Source: Setoptus koraiensis (taxonomy: Eukaryota; Animalia; Arthropoda). Taken from it: a stretch of DNA of 64,000 nucleotides. The position numbers were made by a program, and so were the translations under genes. The DNA lies in contig CM106585.1 of NCBI GenBank assembly GCA_048013815.1, forward strand, positions 5,952,001 to 6,016,000, in the 5' to 3' direction. Below the pieces are notes generated by a model. The model did no database searches, had not been told where the DNA came from, and was given only the letters and a program-made list of their open reading frames with translations. This document shows, piece after piece, positions 28,697 to 39,700 of this stretch (position 1 is its first letter; the number at the start of each line of letters is the position of its first letter).

Positions 28697-29335
28697 CTCA
28701 CGAGTGCATTTAGCGGCGAGGCTTATTCTGAGAAAAACCTGGTCCCGGTATTCGCCGAGCGCGTTTTTCAAAAGATGTTTTGTTTATTGTGATCGGGGGA
28801 TCTCCCTTGTCCGGCTGGGAGAAAGGCTGAACACTCCTATGTATAAAATAAGCTTCCCCTCCCCTAGCTCCCGCTCGCTCACGTGCCCGATTTTGCACAT
28901 ATAAAAAAGCACCAAATGCACAGAAAGTATAGTAAATAAAAAAACCTTGTTCTCTAATGCGATTTTTCGACTGTCTTTTCTGTGCACCTGGTATTTTTTC
29001 TTGCAAGTGCAAAACTGGGCATGGGGAGCTAGGGGGAGCCAGGAGGAGGAAGCCTCTTCTACCAGGAAGAAGGAGCGAATCGGGGAGCAAGATATTTGCT
29101 GATCACCTTATCACTAATCGTTTATACAGTGTAGAGAGTCTCCACTAGAGGCCGAGCCTTTCTCCCAACTTCCTCTTTTTTTCTCTTGTTTTCAGAAAAA
29201 AGAGGAGAAGAAAACGGGAGAGAAATGGGAGACATCCCCGCCGGGCGGTAGCGCCCCTTTCTCGCACCCACCTCCTCAACAAACGCCGGTAATGAAGACT
29301 GGGGAAAAGCCTGTGTCCAGAGTGAGAGACGTGAG
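28697..29335. other. Long nested inverted-repeat (fold-back) element of unknown nature
   Basis: Collinear inverted segments: 28697-28702/29330-29335, 28719-28729/29303-29312, 28761-28766/29281-29286, 28796-28806/29227-29239, 28816-28828/29155-29167, 28833-28847/29121-29139 and 28852-28927/28976-29053. Confidence 0.75.
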
Positions 29336-29523
29336 ACTATCTCCCGGGAGATTTCATTCAGTACAAAAATTGGCGGCGCGACATGCGGATGAGCTATCCC
29401 ATTTGTCGAAACTGTTGTACGTAAAGACTGTCATTTTTAAAACTGTTTATTTCAATTTAAGTTTATTATGCCTTCACGTTTAGTTAGTTAGTTCATTAAC
29501 GTCTGTCACAGTGATCAAAGAGC

Positions 29524-31326
29524 ATGGATTCTGACCTGCTCATAATCAGACCATTAGGTGCCGGCCAGGAGGTTGGACGAAGCTGTATTGAGGTAGATTT
29601 CAAAGGAAAAAAACTCCTCCTCGACTGTGGTATACATCCTGGCTTGAGTGGTCTAGGAGCTTTACCTTTTGTGGAGGCTATTGATATCGAAAACATAGAT
29701 TTATTACTTGTCACTCATTTCCATCTTGACCATTGCGGAGCACTGCCATGGTTCCTCACCAAAACCACATTCAAAGGAAGATGTTTCATGACACACGCAA
29801 CCAAAGCAATCTACCGTTGGATCTTGGCAGATTACATCAAAGTGTCCAATAACTCCACAGAACAGATGTTATACACCGAGGCAGACCTCGAAGCTTCCAT
29901 GGAAAAGATTGAAGTCGTCAATTTTCACGAGCAAAAAGAGATTGCTGGCGTGAAATTTTGGTGCTATAATGCAGGTCATGTTCTTGGTGCTGCTATGTTT
30001 ATGATAGAGATAGCAGGTGTTAAAATACTATATACAGGCGACTTCTCGCGCCAAGAAGATCGTCACTTGATGTCTGCTGAAATACCTCAAATCAAACCAG
30101 ACGTGCTCATCACCGAAGCTACATATGGAACCCACATTCATGAAAAACGAGAGGAACGCGAGGCACGGTTCACTAATATTGTTTATGACACTGTGACTAG
30201 AGGGGGTAGATGTTTAATACCTGTGTTTGCATTGGGTAGGGCTCAAGAACTTCTACTTATTCTAGATGAATATTGGTCACTGCATCCAGAACTTCACGAA
30301 ATTCCTATATACTACGCGTCTTCTCTAGCCAAGAAATGTATGTCAGTCTATCAAACTTACGTCAATGCCATGAATGACAAGATAAAACGCCAGATAGCAA
30401 TCAACAATCCTTTTGTATTTAAACACATATCAAATCTCAAATCAATTGATCACTTCGACGATGTCGGACCGTGTGTGGTGATGGCATCCCCAGGTATGTT
30501 ACAATCTGGCCTTTCGAGGGAATTATTTGAGACTTGGTGTCCGAACCCTCGTAACACGTGTATTATTGCCGGTTATTGCGTCGAGGGCACATTGGCCAAA
30601 CATATTTTATCCGAGCCAGACGAAGTATTAGCCATGGATGGTTCAAGGTTGCCAAGGAAGTGTCAAGTAGAATACATCTCCTTCTCTGCTCACACTGATT
30701 ATAGACAGACTAGTGAGTTCGTGAGAGCACTGCACCCTCCGCATATAATTCTGGTGCATGGTGAAGCTAATGAAATGTCAAGACTAAAATCTGCCCTTAC
30801 TGCACAATATCAGGATGATGAAAATCCTATAGTTGTACATAATCCTAAGAATACTATGGCAGTCGAGCTACATTTTCGCGGTGAGAAAACGGCCAAAGTA
30901 ATTGGAAATCTTGCTATAGAGGCACCAACACCTAAGAAGAAAATCAGCGGTGTATTAGTCAAGAGGAACTTCAACTATCATCTTATGGCTACTTCTGATT
31001 TGAACAAGTATACTGATATGTCGGTCTCAACGATCAGCCAAAGATTGAGCGTTTCGTTCAATGGGACCTTTGAACAATTGAACGAATGTCTGAAGACTCT
31101 AGACATATTGCAAATGGAGTCAAAGTCCGGTCTGCCCACTATAAGAGTAGCTGAAAGGGTTTTAGTGACACTCAATATAAAGAGTAGAGTTGCATATTTG
31201 GATTGGAATGCTGGGCCTGTAGATGATCAATTCGCAGATGTTGTGATAGCTTTACTAATGAAATATTCACCAAAACTTACAAACATCAAGGCAGAGAAGA
31301 TTGATGACGAAGTCGAGGGTGAATAA
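29524..31326 (+). CDS. CPSF3: Cleavage and polyadenylation specificity factor subunit 3 (CPSF73 endonuclease), 600 aa, intronless
   Basis: [23 protein letters not shown] metallo-beta-lactamase motif, [20 protein letters not shown] and SFSAHTDY; AATAAA at 31322-31327 overlaps the stop. Confidence 0.97.
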   Translation: MDSDLLIIRPLGAGQEVGRSCIEVDFKGKKLLLDCGIHPGLSGLGALPFVEAIDIENIDLLLVTHFHLDHCGALPWFLTKTTFKGRCFMTHATKAIYRWILADYIKVSNNSTEQMLYTEADLEASMEKIEVVNFHEQKEIAGVKFWCYNAGHVLGAAMFMIEIAGVKILYTGDFSRQEDRHLMSAEIPQIKPDVLITEATYGTHIHEKREEREARFTNIVYDTVTRGGRCLIPVFALGRAQELLLILDEYWSLHPELHEIPIYYASSLAKKCMSVYQTYVNAMNDKIKRQIAINNPFVFKHISNLKSIDHFDDVGPCVVMASPGMLQSGLSRELFETWCPNPRNTCIIAGYCVEGTLAKHILSEPDEVLAMDGSRLPRKCQVEYISFSAHTDYRQTSEFVRALHPPHIILVHGEANEMSRLKSALTAQYQDDENPIVVHNPKNTMAVELHFRGEKTAKVIGNLAIEAPTPKKKISGVLVKRNFNYHLMATSDLNKYTDMSVSTISQRLSVSFNGTFEQLNECLKTLDILQMESKSGLPTIRVAERVLVTLNIKSRVAYLDWNAGPVDDQFADVVIALLMKYSPKLTNIKAEKIDDEVEGE

Positions 31327-31422
31327 ACATCTATTTTTATTAATTTGACGAACAAACTAACCAAGCGATCAAACTATTCATCTTTGAAGTTGTTTCGAAG
31401 TGTATATTTTCACTCCAGATCA

Positions 31423-31665
31423 CTATTTGAATTTGAAGTCTAACATCTTACGTCCAAACTCTTGGTCACGTGTATATCTAATGGTTTGTTTTTTATTCAT
31501 GTATCCGGGGGTTCCATCTAAGTAACTCCAGTCGGGCCCATCCGTCAAGACTCCCGACGATGTAGGATTCGAAGGTAATCCTTTTCTGTATCTAAACCTT
31601 GACACAGACAGGAATCGTCCTGTACCCAGTTTCTTGAGGCCTCTTACAGGTATCATTAAGGTCAT
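31423..31665 (-). CDS. MRPL52: Mitochondrial ribosomal protein L52, 80 aa (short C-terminus)
   Basis: RYRKGLPSNPTSSGVLTDGPDWSYLDGTP matches the MRPL52 core (human [25 protein letters not shown]; fly [25 protein letters not shown]). Confidence 0.85.
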   Translation of the reverse strand: MTLMIPVRGLKKLGTGRFLSVSRFRYRKGLPSNPTSSGVLTDGPDWSYLDGTPGYMNKKQTIRYTRDQEFGRKMLDFKFK

Positions 31666-31844
31666 TATCTTTTACAGCTACTGAGCTTTTTCACTTCGCG
31701 ATAGATACTAGGTTGATGAATGAGCGGATCGTACCTCAGTACTTCAAGTTTCTCGTTTGCTCGTGGTCTGACTAAAACGATCGGGTGATCCGACACGATA
31801 CTGCGAAGTAAAACCTTGATGAATTTAGATTTTACTTTGGCCAT
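31665..31844 (-). CDS. MRPL33: Mitochondrial ribosomal protein L33, 59 aa
   Basis: MAKVKSKFIKVLLRSIVS...EKLEVLRYDPLIHQPSIYREVKK follows the bL33m pattern (human MAKSKSKNILVRMVS...[23 protein letters not shown]). ATG at 31844, TAA at 31667-31665. Confidence 0.85.
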   Translation of the reverse strand: MAKVKSKFIKVLLRSIVSDHPIVLVRPRANEKLEVLRYDPLIHQPSIYREVKKLSSCKR

Positions 31845-32282
31845 AACTTTCACAGATGAACTGTAATATTTAGCATTTTTTATATGTGGTCAAAATTTTG
31901 CCTAAGTAACTTCATTTACTGAAGTCGAAAAGAAACGTGAGATTGTGTACAGTGTTGAGCGCGAGATTCGAACTCGCAAATTATCGAAGTTTACTATTTA
32001 TGCAGCCAAAGGATCTCCTCAGTTAAATGAGGCCCCTATTGGTGGGTGCATGGGCCTCAGTAGATGTCTGAGCAGTCGCAAAAGAAAGACCAGAACGATA
32101 AAGCTTCTCCCAAAAATTGATTGATCCAATCTCCGTCAGCAAACGATAGCACTGATGTCCCCTAAAAATCATTGAGAGAAAGTGAGAGAAAGTACCAATA
32201 TATATATATTAATTTTTTGATTCCACTGTTGTTTTGTCAAAAATAAACAATAGAATCGTCAGATTCTCAGATACATTCAGAC

Positions 32283-32582
32283 ATGATCCTAGTAGGCAAA
32301 AGATGCGCCATAGTCTGCTCTTTACTGAGCGTTTGGGCCATAGTCATGCTGGCATTCATGGGTATGCTCCTATATGCTCGTTCCATTACATTTGCGGAGG
32401 ACCTGGATCTTCATGAAGCCGTCGGAGAATACAAGAATTTCCAAGAATTTATTGCCGAGGCCTACAAAAGATACGCTAGTGCCGCTCACAATTGTTGGAT
32501 TGCCGCGTGTTTCTACATTGCGACACTTGCATTCAGCTTGCATCAGTATTATACCAATAGAAGGGCGCAGTATGGATTTTGA
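32283..32582 (+). CDS. RNASEK: Ribonuclease kappa (V-ATPase subunit f), 99 aa, intronless
   Basis: Two TM segments; CSLLSVWAIVML...SITFAEDL...YASAAHNCWIAACFY. Confidence 0.9.
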   Translation: MILVGKRCAIVCSLLSVWAIVMLAFMGMLLYARSITFAEDLDLHEAVGEYKNFQEFIAEAYKRYASAAHNCWIAACFYIATLAFSLHQYYTNRRAQYGF

Positions 32583-33058
32583 GAAAGGAATATTCAGTTC
32601 AATAAATAAACACATACCATTCCAATAGCATATTTGATTTGTTTTTCTTTTAGACAATTAGTGATATCTATATCAGCGATGCTTTTGTGTTTACATTATC
32701 TATGTGCATGAGCTTGGAATACTTTTCATCTTCAACGCAACTACATTAGATCTCTCGTACAACCACAGATTCTCGAATCTCTTCCTCTTATTTTAATTAG
32801 ACTACGATATATCAAACGAAATGGAGGAAAACATCACCCTCTTGAATACTTCCCCAGGTAATCACAACTGAGATGAGTTGCACCAGGGTCGTACTTGAAA
32901 GTCACTCGCGCCGCAATTATAAACTGTCAAACAAGATCTAGGTTGAATAGACAAGAGAAAAATGATGAAACAATCTCAGATAGTGATGAGTGTTTTTAAC
33001 TTGAATTTATTTAGCGTAGGTGGCTTTCATCTTTTCATTATTACTGTATAATTTATTT

Positions 33059-35945
33059 CTATCGCGGTCGTTCTCTTCCTCTTCCGTTTCTGAAACGTGA
33101 CCTCTGAACATTTCGGGGCACGAATCCAGGTGGTCTGGATGGCCCATTCCATCGGTTCATTTCATTTGGCGGCCCGTTGTAACCGAATTCATCGAAATTA
33201 AATTGCATATTTGTGTAACCAGGTCGTGGGCCATTCAACGCTGGATTACAATTAAAATCATACATAGAATTGCCTTGATTAGGCATAAATTCATGAGCTA
33301 AGTTATTGTCATCTGGGACGGGCAAAAGCCTTCCTTGAGATGGTGGGCCATGCTGGTCATATTCACAGAAATTTTGTTGCTGTTGCTGTTGATGGGGATG
33401 CATAATCATATTTTGTAGAATTGGCCTATTATTTGGCATCATCTGATAATTGAATTGATCATCCTGAGAATTCATCACTGCAGGATTTGTTTGGAAGTTC
33501 ATGTGATGATGCAGCAAAGATGCTGATTGATTCTGAGTATGCATTTGATCATCTAGATTACTTTGATATGATTCTTCGTTTTGGCTTTGCCCATCATCTG
33601 GTTCATCAAATTCATTTTGCTGTTGTTGTGACGACCTCTCAGATCGTTGGTCGTCAACATCTTCATTCTCGGTTTCATCGCTGTAGTTTTGCTGGTTAGA
33701 AAATGGCAGTCTATGAACTTGACCTATCGTTGGGGGTGGATTCTGAAAGATGGGCAATGGAGGCATGCTAGGTTGACCAGGTAAGGGTGGCGGTGGTAAA
33801 CCGAAAGGTGGTGGCGCATGGCTGAAGATTGGAGGAGGTGGTATTGACATTGGAGGTAAGGGTATCGAAACTTGATCGAGTGCTGGTGATACAGATTTTT
33901 CTGTGAAAGAAGATGGTTCAGTTATCCTATTGTCTTTATCGCCCTTCTCATTGAAATTATCTCCATTAATGACAGCTCTATGCAAGGGGGGTAATTGTAT
34001 ACAGCCTAATGAAGGTGGAGGCACGGTCAAATTTGGTGGTACAGGAAAGAGTGGTAGCCCTTGTGCAGGTGTTGCCAATGAAGCAATTTGGACAGGAAGT
34101 AAACTGACTAATTGGTCGTTGGCCAATCTAGCCTTCTCCTCTCGATCTCGCTCTCTTTGTGCTTTCATTTTTTTTAGTTCATCAGTCATAGTATCTTCAT
34201 CTATCACACCACCTTCCTCTAGAGTATCTATGTCGAGGTCCGGCCTCAACTTGCTGTAAGGTATAAAACTTGCCCCGAGGTACACCTCCCAGTAATCTTT
34301 GAATTCTTTATCTTTTAAACCTTTTCCAGGCGCCCAAGCCATTTTGATCAAGCTGCCAGACAATTTTAGATTTTTCAAATCATTCAAAGCCTTGTAGGCA
34401 TCTTGCCTTCGGTCCATGCAAACATAGGCACAACCTCTTGGTGGGATGAGCTGAAGTGAAAAATAAAGTTTTAAGATATGAGTCAACAATGGATTCGAAT
34501 AAGGGTGAGAAAGGTTAAGAATTACAATTAAACTCACATCGATGCTTGTTATAGTTCCAAATTCTCCGAATGCATCAGATATATCCGCTTCAGAGACAGT
34601 TTTGGGTACGTGTCCCAGCCACAGAGTAGTACTGCATATCGTTAGGCAGTTTTTCCTCATATCAGGCAAACCTCGTCGTCTTCGATCATCATCGCTTGCG
34701 CGATCTTTGTTATCTGAGTTGAGCTTGCTCGATTCAGCTCTGCTAGGGCTTCTTGATCTACTTCTTTGACTTCTGCCTCTTTTGTGTGATGGACTATCAG
34801 ATTGAATCTTCGATTCATCATCCCTTCCAGAATATCTCGCCCTACAGCGTGCTGGGGAGTTTGACCTTGAGCGGGATCTAGTTGTTTTTTGTCTATCGAT
34901 TGATTCATGTCCTCTACTAGGCCTAGCATCTTTTCCGTCAAACGACTTCTCGTCGGTTGTATCCTCTCTTTGAGTCTTTGGAATATGATAGGATAACGAA
35001 AAGAGAGAATTTGATTATTTTACTTTCGCGATCAACTTGTTTCCGGAAAGAAAACGATTCACCTAGAATCGAACTTACATGATCATTTACAATTAAGTGT
35101 TGAGCTCGAAGTTTTTGCCATCGTTCTAGAATAGCTGGTATGTCTTGAGCAGCAGCAGCGGCCGATTCTTGGCGATTGTCAGATGAAGACAATTCATTTT
35201 TACTTTGTTCCATTTCTATCTTGCTCAAAGTAGTACTAAGTGGCGGTTCGGCCTCTGTTGGCGTCTCATCACCATTGTCTAGATTATCATCGTAGTCAAA
35301 ATCCATCAATCTTCGACCACTCGTACCTAATCCTTGGCTGTTATTATTGCTGTCATTGCCGCGACCATGATGATCATAGTTAAAACGTTGATTTTCATTG
35401 ATTTTATTTGCACCTTTGACCAGGGCGAGTGTGTTTGCTATCTGCTGTATAAGCATAAGATTTGATTCGTCAGGATTCTGATTAAGAGGTGTCTGCGGTG
35501 AATCAGCAGATAATGATTGAGGTTCAATGGGCGCTAGATCGTTTTTATTCGGAAGATCTAATAGAGGTTGAATAGTTTCGGCGCTAAAGACTCCATTGCG
35601 TTGCCATAGATTAAGAACACGCACTATTTTGGGCTTATCATGCGTTGGTACACTGTGAAATATGTATTGAAACGTTTGATTAAAATTTCTAGCAAACCTT
35701 GCCGCATAAACGTCTTTGTCTTTTAGTCTATGTATTGATTGTCTAACGATGGCATCTATCACATAGAGAGACGATAGCTTCGATGAATTGGGACATCTGG
35801 AAATATATTTTTCCACACTTAAAACTATGTGCTTATATAGTTTAATATTTTTAATAGCCAATTTGGTGATCTTCATCATCTTCTGTTTCGATATTGGTGG
35901 CTGAATAGTCTGCAGTTCCTGGTTGAATTTTTGCAGGAGGTCCAT
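33059..35945 (-). CDS. SCAF8: SR-related CTD-associated factor 4/8 (CID + RRM), ~898 aa
   Basis: Exons 35945-35079, 34975-34538 and 34450-33059 (phase-0 GT-AG introns of 103 and 87 nt). CID motifs PPISKQKMMKITKLAIK, LYVIDAIVRQS and KIVRVLNLWQRN; RRM CSTTLWLGHV...IPPRGCAYVCM...MAWAPGKG. SCAF4 versus SCAF8 unresolved. Confidence 0.9.
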
Positions 35946-36794
35946 TTTGATTTCATGCACTTCAATTATTGACCTGACTCTTGGATTCAATAAAAACTAT
36001 TTGATTTACCAGTTGTTGATAAAAATGTAATACTAGCAGTTTCTGTCATGCATCGTGACCAATAAGGACCATAGATTTATTTTAAATTATTGATTATTTA
36101 AAAATGTTCGAAAAAATAATACTAGTTCATTGTTGTTCGATAATGTTTCGAATTTTTAAATATAACTATTTATGTATAAATATACTGTAAAATTTAATTC
36201 TATATACATATCTGTATATATGAGTGGATAACTGGAGGAAGATTTCGGTTCTCAAGAAGAGATAACCTGTACAGTATAAATACTGTATCATGGAGTGGTA
36301 ACAGTGGTAAAGTAGGGCCATTGAGCTTCTATGGTAGATTTTGTATGAGTGGTATGTGTAGGCTTGTCTGTGTGTGTGTTTGCTTTAAGCTGTACGTTTG
36401 TGCGTGCGTGTGTGTGTGTGTGTTTCATCTTGCAAAAAATGACCCTTCTCTTCGAATTTGCTGATTCGGCACAGTGGCGCACAGTGTGCACGACCGGTAT
36501 CAGACAGATTAGCACTTGTTTCAGTCAGAAACTTTTTGGACACAAGATGCAAATCAAATGGCCTACATAACTGTCATCTCGATGATCAACCCGCTATCAA
36601 TTTCAATTTTACACCGGATGTCAATGGTGGAGTTAATTTTTTAATTCATACAACGAAAATAATGTCCAAACAAAACATCCACATCACCAAATAATCTAGT
36701 GGATATACAAGTGGTCATGTATGTGGTAACAATAACTATTGACAACAACAATACTACACATTAATAATGCGCGATTTCATGAAAAACATCGCCG

Positions 36795-39700
36795 CTACAC
36801 ATTCGGTCCGATGGCATCCTTTATGTCTAGGCGAAGCGCGATGTTGACAGAGGCCAATTCCGCAGTCAAATATCTTATAACATAGGGTAGATAGACTGGT
36901 CGAATTTCTACCTTCGACTTGCACAATCTGCAGCTCCAGTGTCTCTTGACCTCTCTCAATTGTTGATTAGTTACTATGACTTTTCCATCGCTGTCTACCA
37001 TCTTCTTGATCGAGTCAGCGTCTTGCATTTCTAACGAAGGACTTATTATCGACCCGCATTTGGTGCAAACATAAGTCATACCACCATCAGAGCAGTTGAC
37101 CAATCTGTCTTGTAACAAGAAAGAGGCTCCATGTGCTAGTAGAGAGTCCCTCTCCATTTCTCCAAACCTCACACCACCACCTCTTTTCCTTCCTTTCACC
37201 GGTTGATGAGTTATCTGATCTATAGGTCCGCTAGATCTAACTTGATATTTGTCGCTAACCATATGCCTCAATCGAATGTAATATACCAATCCGATAAAAA
37301 TTTCAGCCCGCAGTTCGTGTCCGTCCACTCCACTGTACATTCGCTCTGTGCCGTAGTAATTGAATCCGCTATCTTGTAACATTTTTCCATAAAAATCGCT
37401 AGCAATGTCACTTTCAGAAAATCTGAATGGTGTTGCATCCATAGCTTCACCGCGCATAGCTGATGCCTTGCCAGCCATACTCTCAAGCATCATACCGATT
37501 GTCATACGAGAGGGATATCCATGTGGATTGAAAATAATATCAGGCCTCATGCCGGATTCTGTGAAAGGCATATCCTCCTCTGGCCATAGTAAACTACAAA
37601 CACCTTTTTGCCCGTGCCTGTTGGCATATTTGTCACCAACAAACGGACGTCGTGCAACCCATAAAGTGATGGCCACTTTCTGGAGTAAATCTTTGCCATC
37701 ATCAGAGCCTAGCAATTTAACATCTAGCACATGAGCTTGCTCAGATGATTTGTATCTTTCCATCTTAGTCACACGATTAGATATATCGTAATAGCAGCAG
37801 ATAGGATCGTCCATATTCAACTTCGTTCCAATATATGGTAATCCATCTACATCTATCTTGCCCTTGATTAACTTTTTATCTACATCTTCAAGGTAGCCGA
37901 ACAAATACATTTGCTCTTTCGTGAGTCTTACATTACCAACTTCTCTTAAATTTACAACTATTGTTTTCATGATACTACCATGAGTAAATCCTCGCTCAGC
38001 GGCAGCCTTATTGATAATCATAGCATCTTCCATATCGTACCCTGTATAGGAAATAACTGCAACCAAAGCGTTTGTACCAAGCGGAAATTCGTCTAAATGA
38101 TAGTGATCGTATATAGCTGGTCTAATGAGAGGTGACTGAGGGGTCTCAATATTGTACATCTTGTTATCACAACGGTATTTGAGAGTGTGAGAAGAGCTTC
38201 CCATTGTTTGTTTGGTCATCTGACAACAGTACATGTTCCTGGGACTCTGGTTGAAGTCAGGGTACGGAATTAATGCAGCCATTATGCTCAAAAACGATGT
38301 TTCTACGAGCTCTTTGTGAGTTGTCCTCCCTGATATTGCTTCGGCTTCATTTACACATATGTCCATATAAACCTGTTCGAATGTTCCAATCCATTCAATT
38401 GATTTGGCCTTGAGGTTGAAGACTGGTCTCATCATTCGGGATATATTAGTGAAGATATACAAGCCGGGATATTGTGTTGGATGCGGCGTTTTTGGAATCA
38501 GGCATATCTCCATATCTATGGGGAGACCCTTTGTTTGTTTTACTTTATATTTCCTGAGATTATCAATCAATTCGTGAGCTAAGTTGTGATGAACATAGCC
38601 TATGAGTCTACCATCAATAGTGATATCGTAATATTCGCTGAAAGGAATCGACATGTCTTCAGTATCTACTGGAATTATACTTTGAGAACTGAGAAATTTA
38701 TCTACTGGCTCAGTATCATTAGTCTTACTCGTTATTACACATGACTCAGTCACATGATTCAGGAGTCCACATGGGGTACCGTCGGGTGTATGGACTGGAC
38801 ATAGAAAGCCCCATGCTTCTGGATAAAGTTTCCGGCATGCAGTAGTTCTCATTTTAGCAAAGAAAGCACCCCTGTGAACGCTTCTAAAATGCGACACAAA
38901 TCTGAGATAATTAATTTTTTCTGCCATTACAGTCATTCCAACTTTCTGCATCAAGCCTAGACCCGAAGTAGATTGTAGATTTCCAGTGGCTAATAAGTAA
39001 TCAAGCGGCCTAACAATAGTTCCATATCTGAGTCTCAACATTCTTAAAATAAATTCTTTGTCCAATTTGAATTCTTTGCCGGATTTTTCTAGTTTTTTCA
39101 AATGTATATCAAAGCACATTTTCAGACCCGTCAAGAATTGTTCTATCCTCTCGATGAGCAGTGTGAAAAAGATTTGCCCACTTGAATGGATTTCGTGGAA
39201 CATTGGATTGTCGGGGCTTTCGATAGCACATTCATTTTTGGCTAATGCGAAGAGCTTCCGCATCATAATAACCAGACAATTGAATTTATCCTCTTCTTTT
39301 ATCAAATGTACAGCGACTGATGTTTTCATTAGATGCTCACCAACTTCGTAATCCGTATACCACTCTGGTAGTTGACACTGAACCCGGAATTTTTCGCCAA
39401 TGTACTCTAGGGCAGCTTTTTTCGTGGTGATCGACTGTTCTTTGATTAAACGTATCATACTAATGATGCAACTAACATAAAATGAGTTATGCTCATTACC
39501 TCTAACAAGACGCTTGTATATCTTCATATCGGTGTAGTCAACAAGTGCTCGCATAACGAGCACCAGCGGTAAAAATATCTGCCTGGCATTGGAGAAAATT
39601 TTCAGTTTGGCTGTACCATTAGTAAGGTAGTGTAGAACCATATTTTGTCCTATTTGACTGTCCCCCACGCATCTCATTGAGACACCATATTCAGAAAAGA

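Noticed and set aside
28715-28726. GGCGAGGCTTAT matches U1 snRNA stem-loop II
   Set aside because: Only 12 nt; no ATACTTACCTG 5' end, U1A loop or Sm site.
28719-29312. Helix AGGCTTATTC / GGAAAAGCCT resembles RNase P/MRP P4
   Set aside because: The CR-I-like and CR-V-like strands are in the wrong order and the conserved bulged U is missing.
28697-29390. Telomerase RNA (pseudoknot, ANANNA at 29334-29339, ACA at 29381-29383)
   Set aside because: No template for TTAGG or TTAGGG on either strand, and no convincing H/ACA hairpin.
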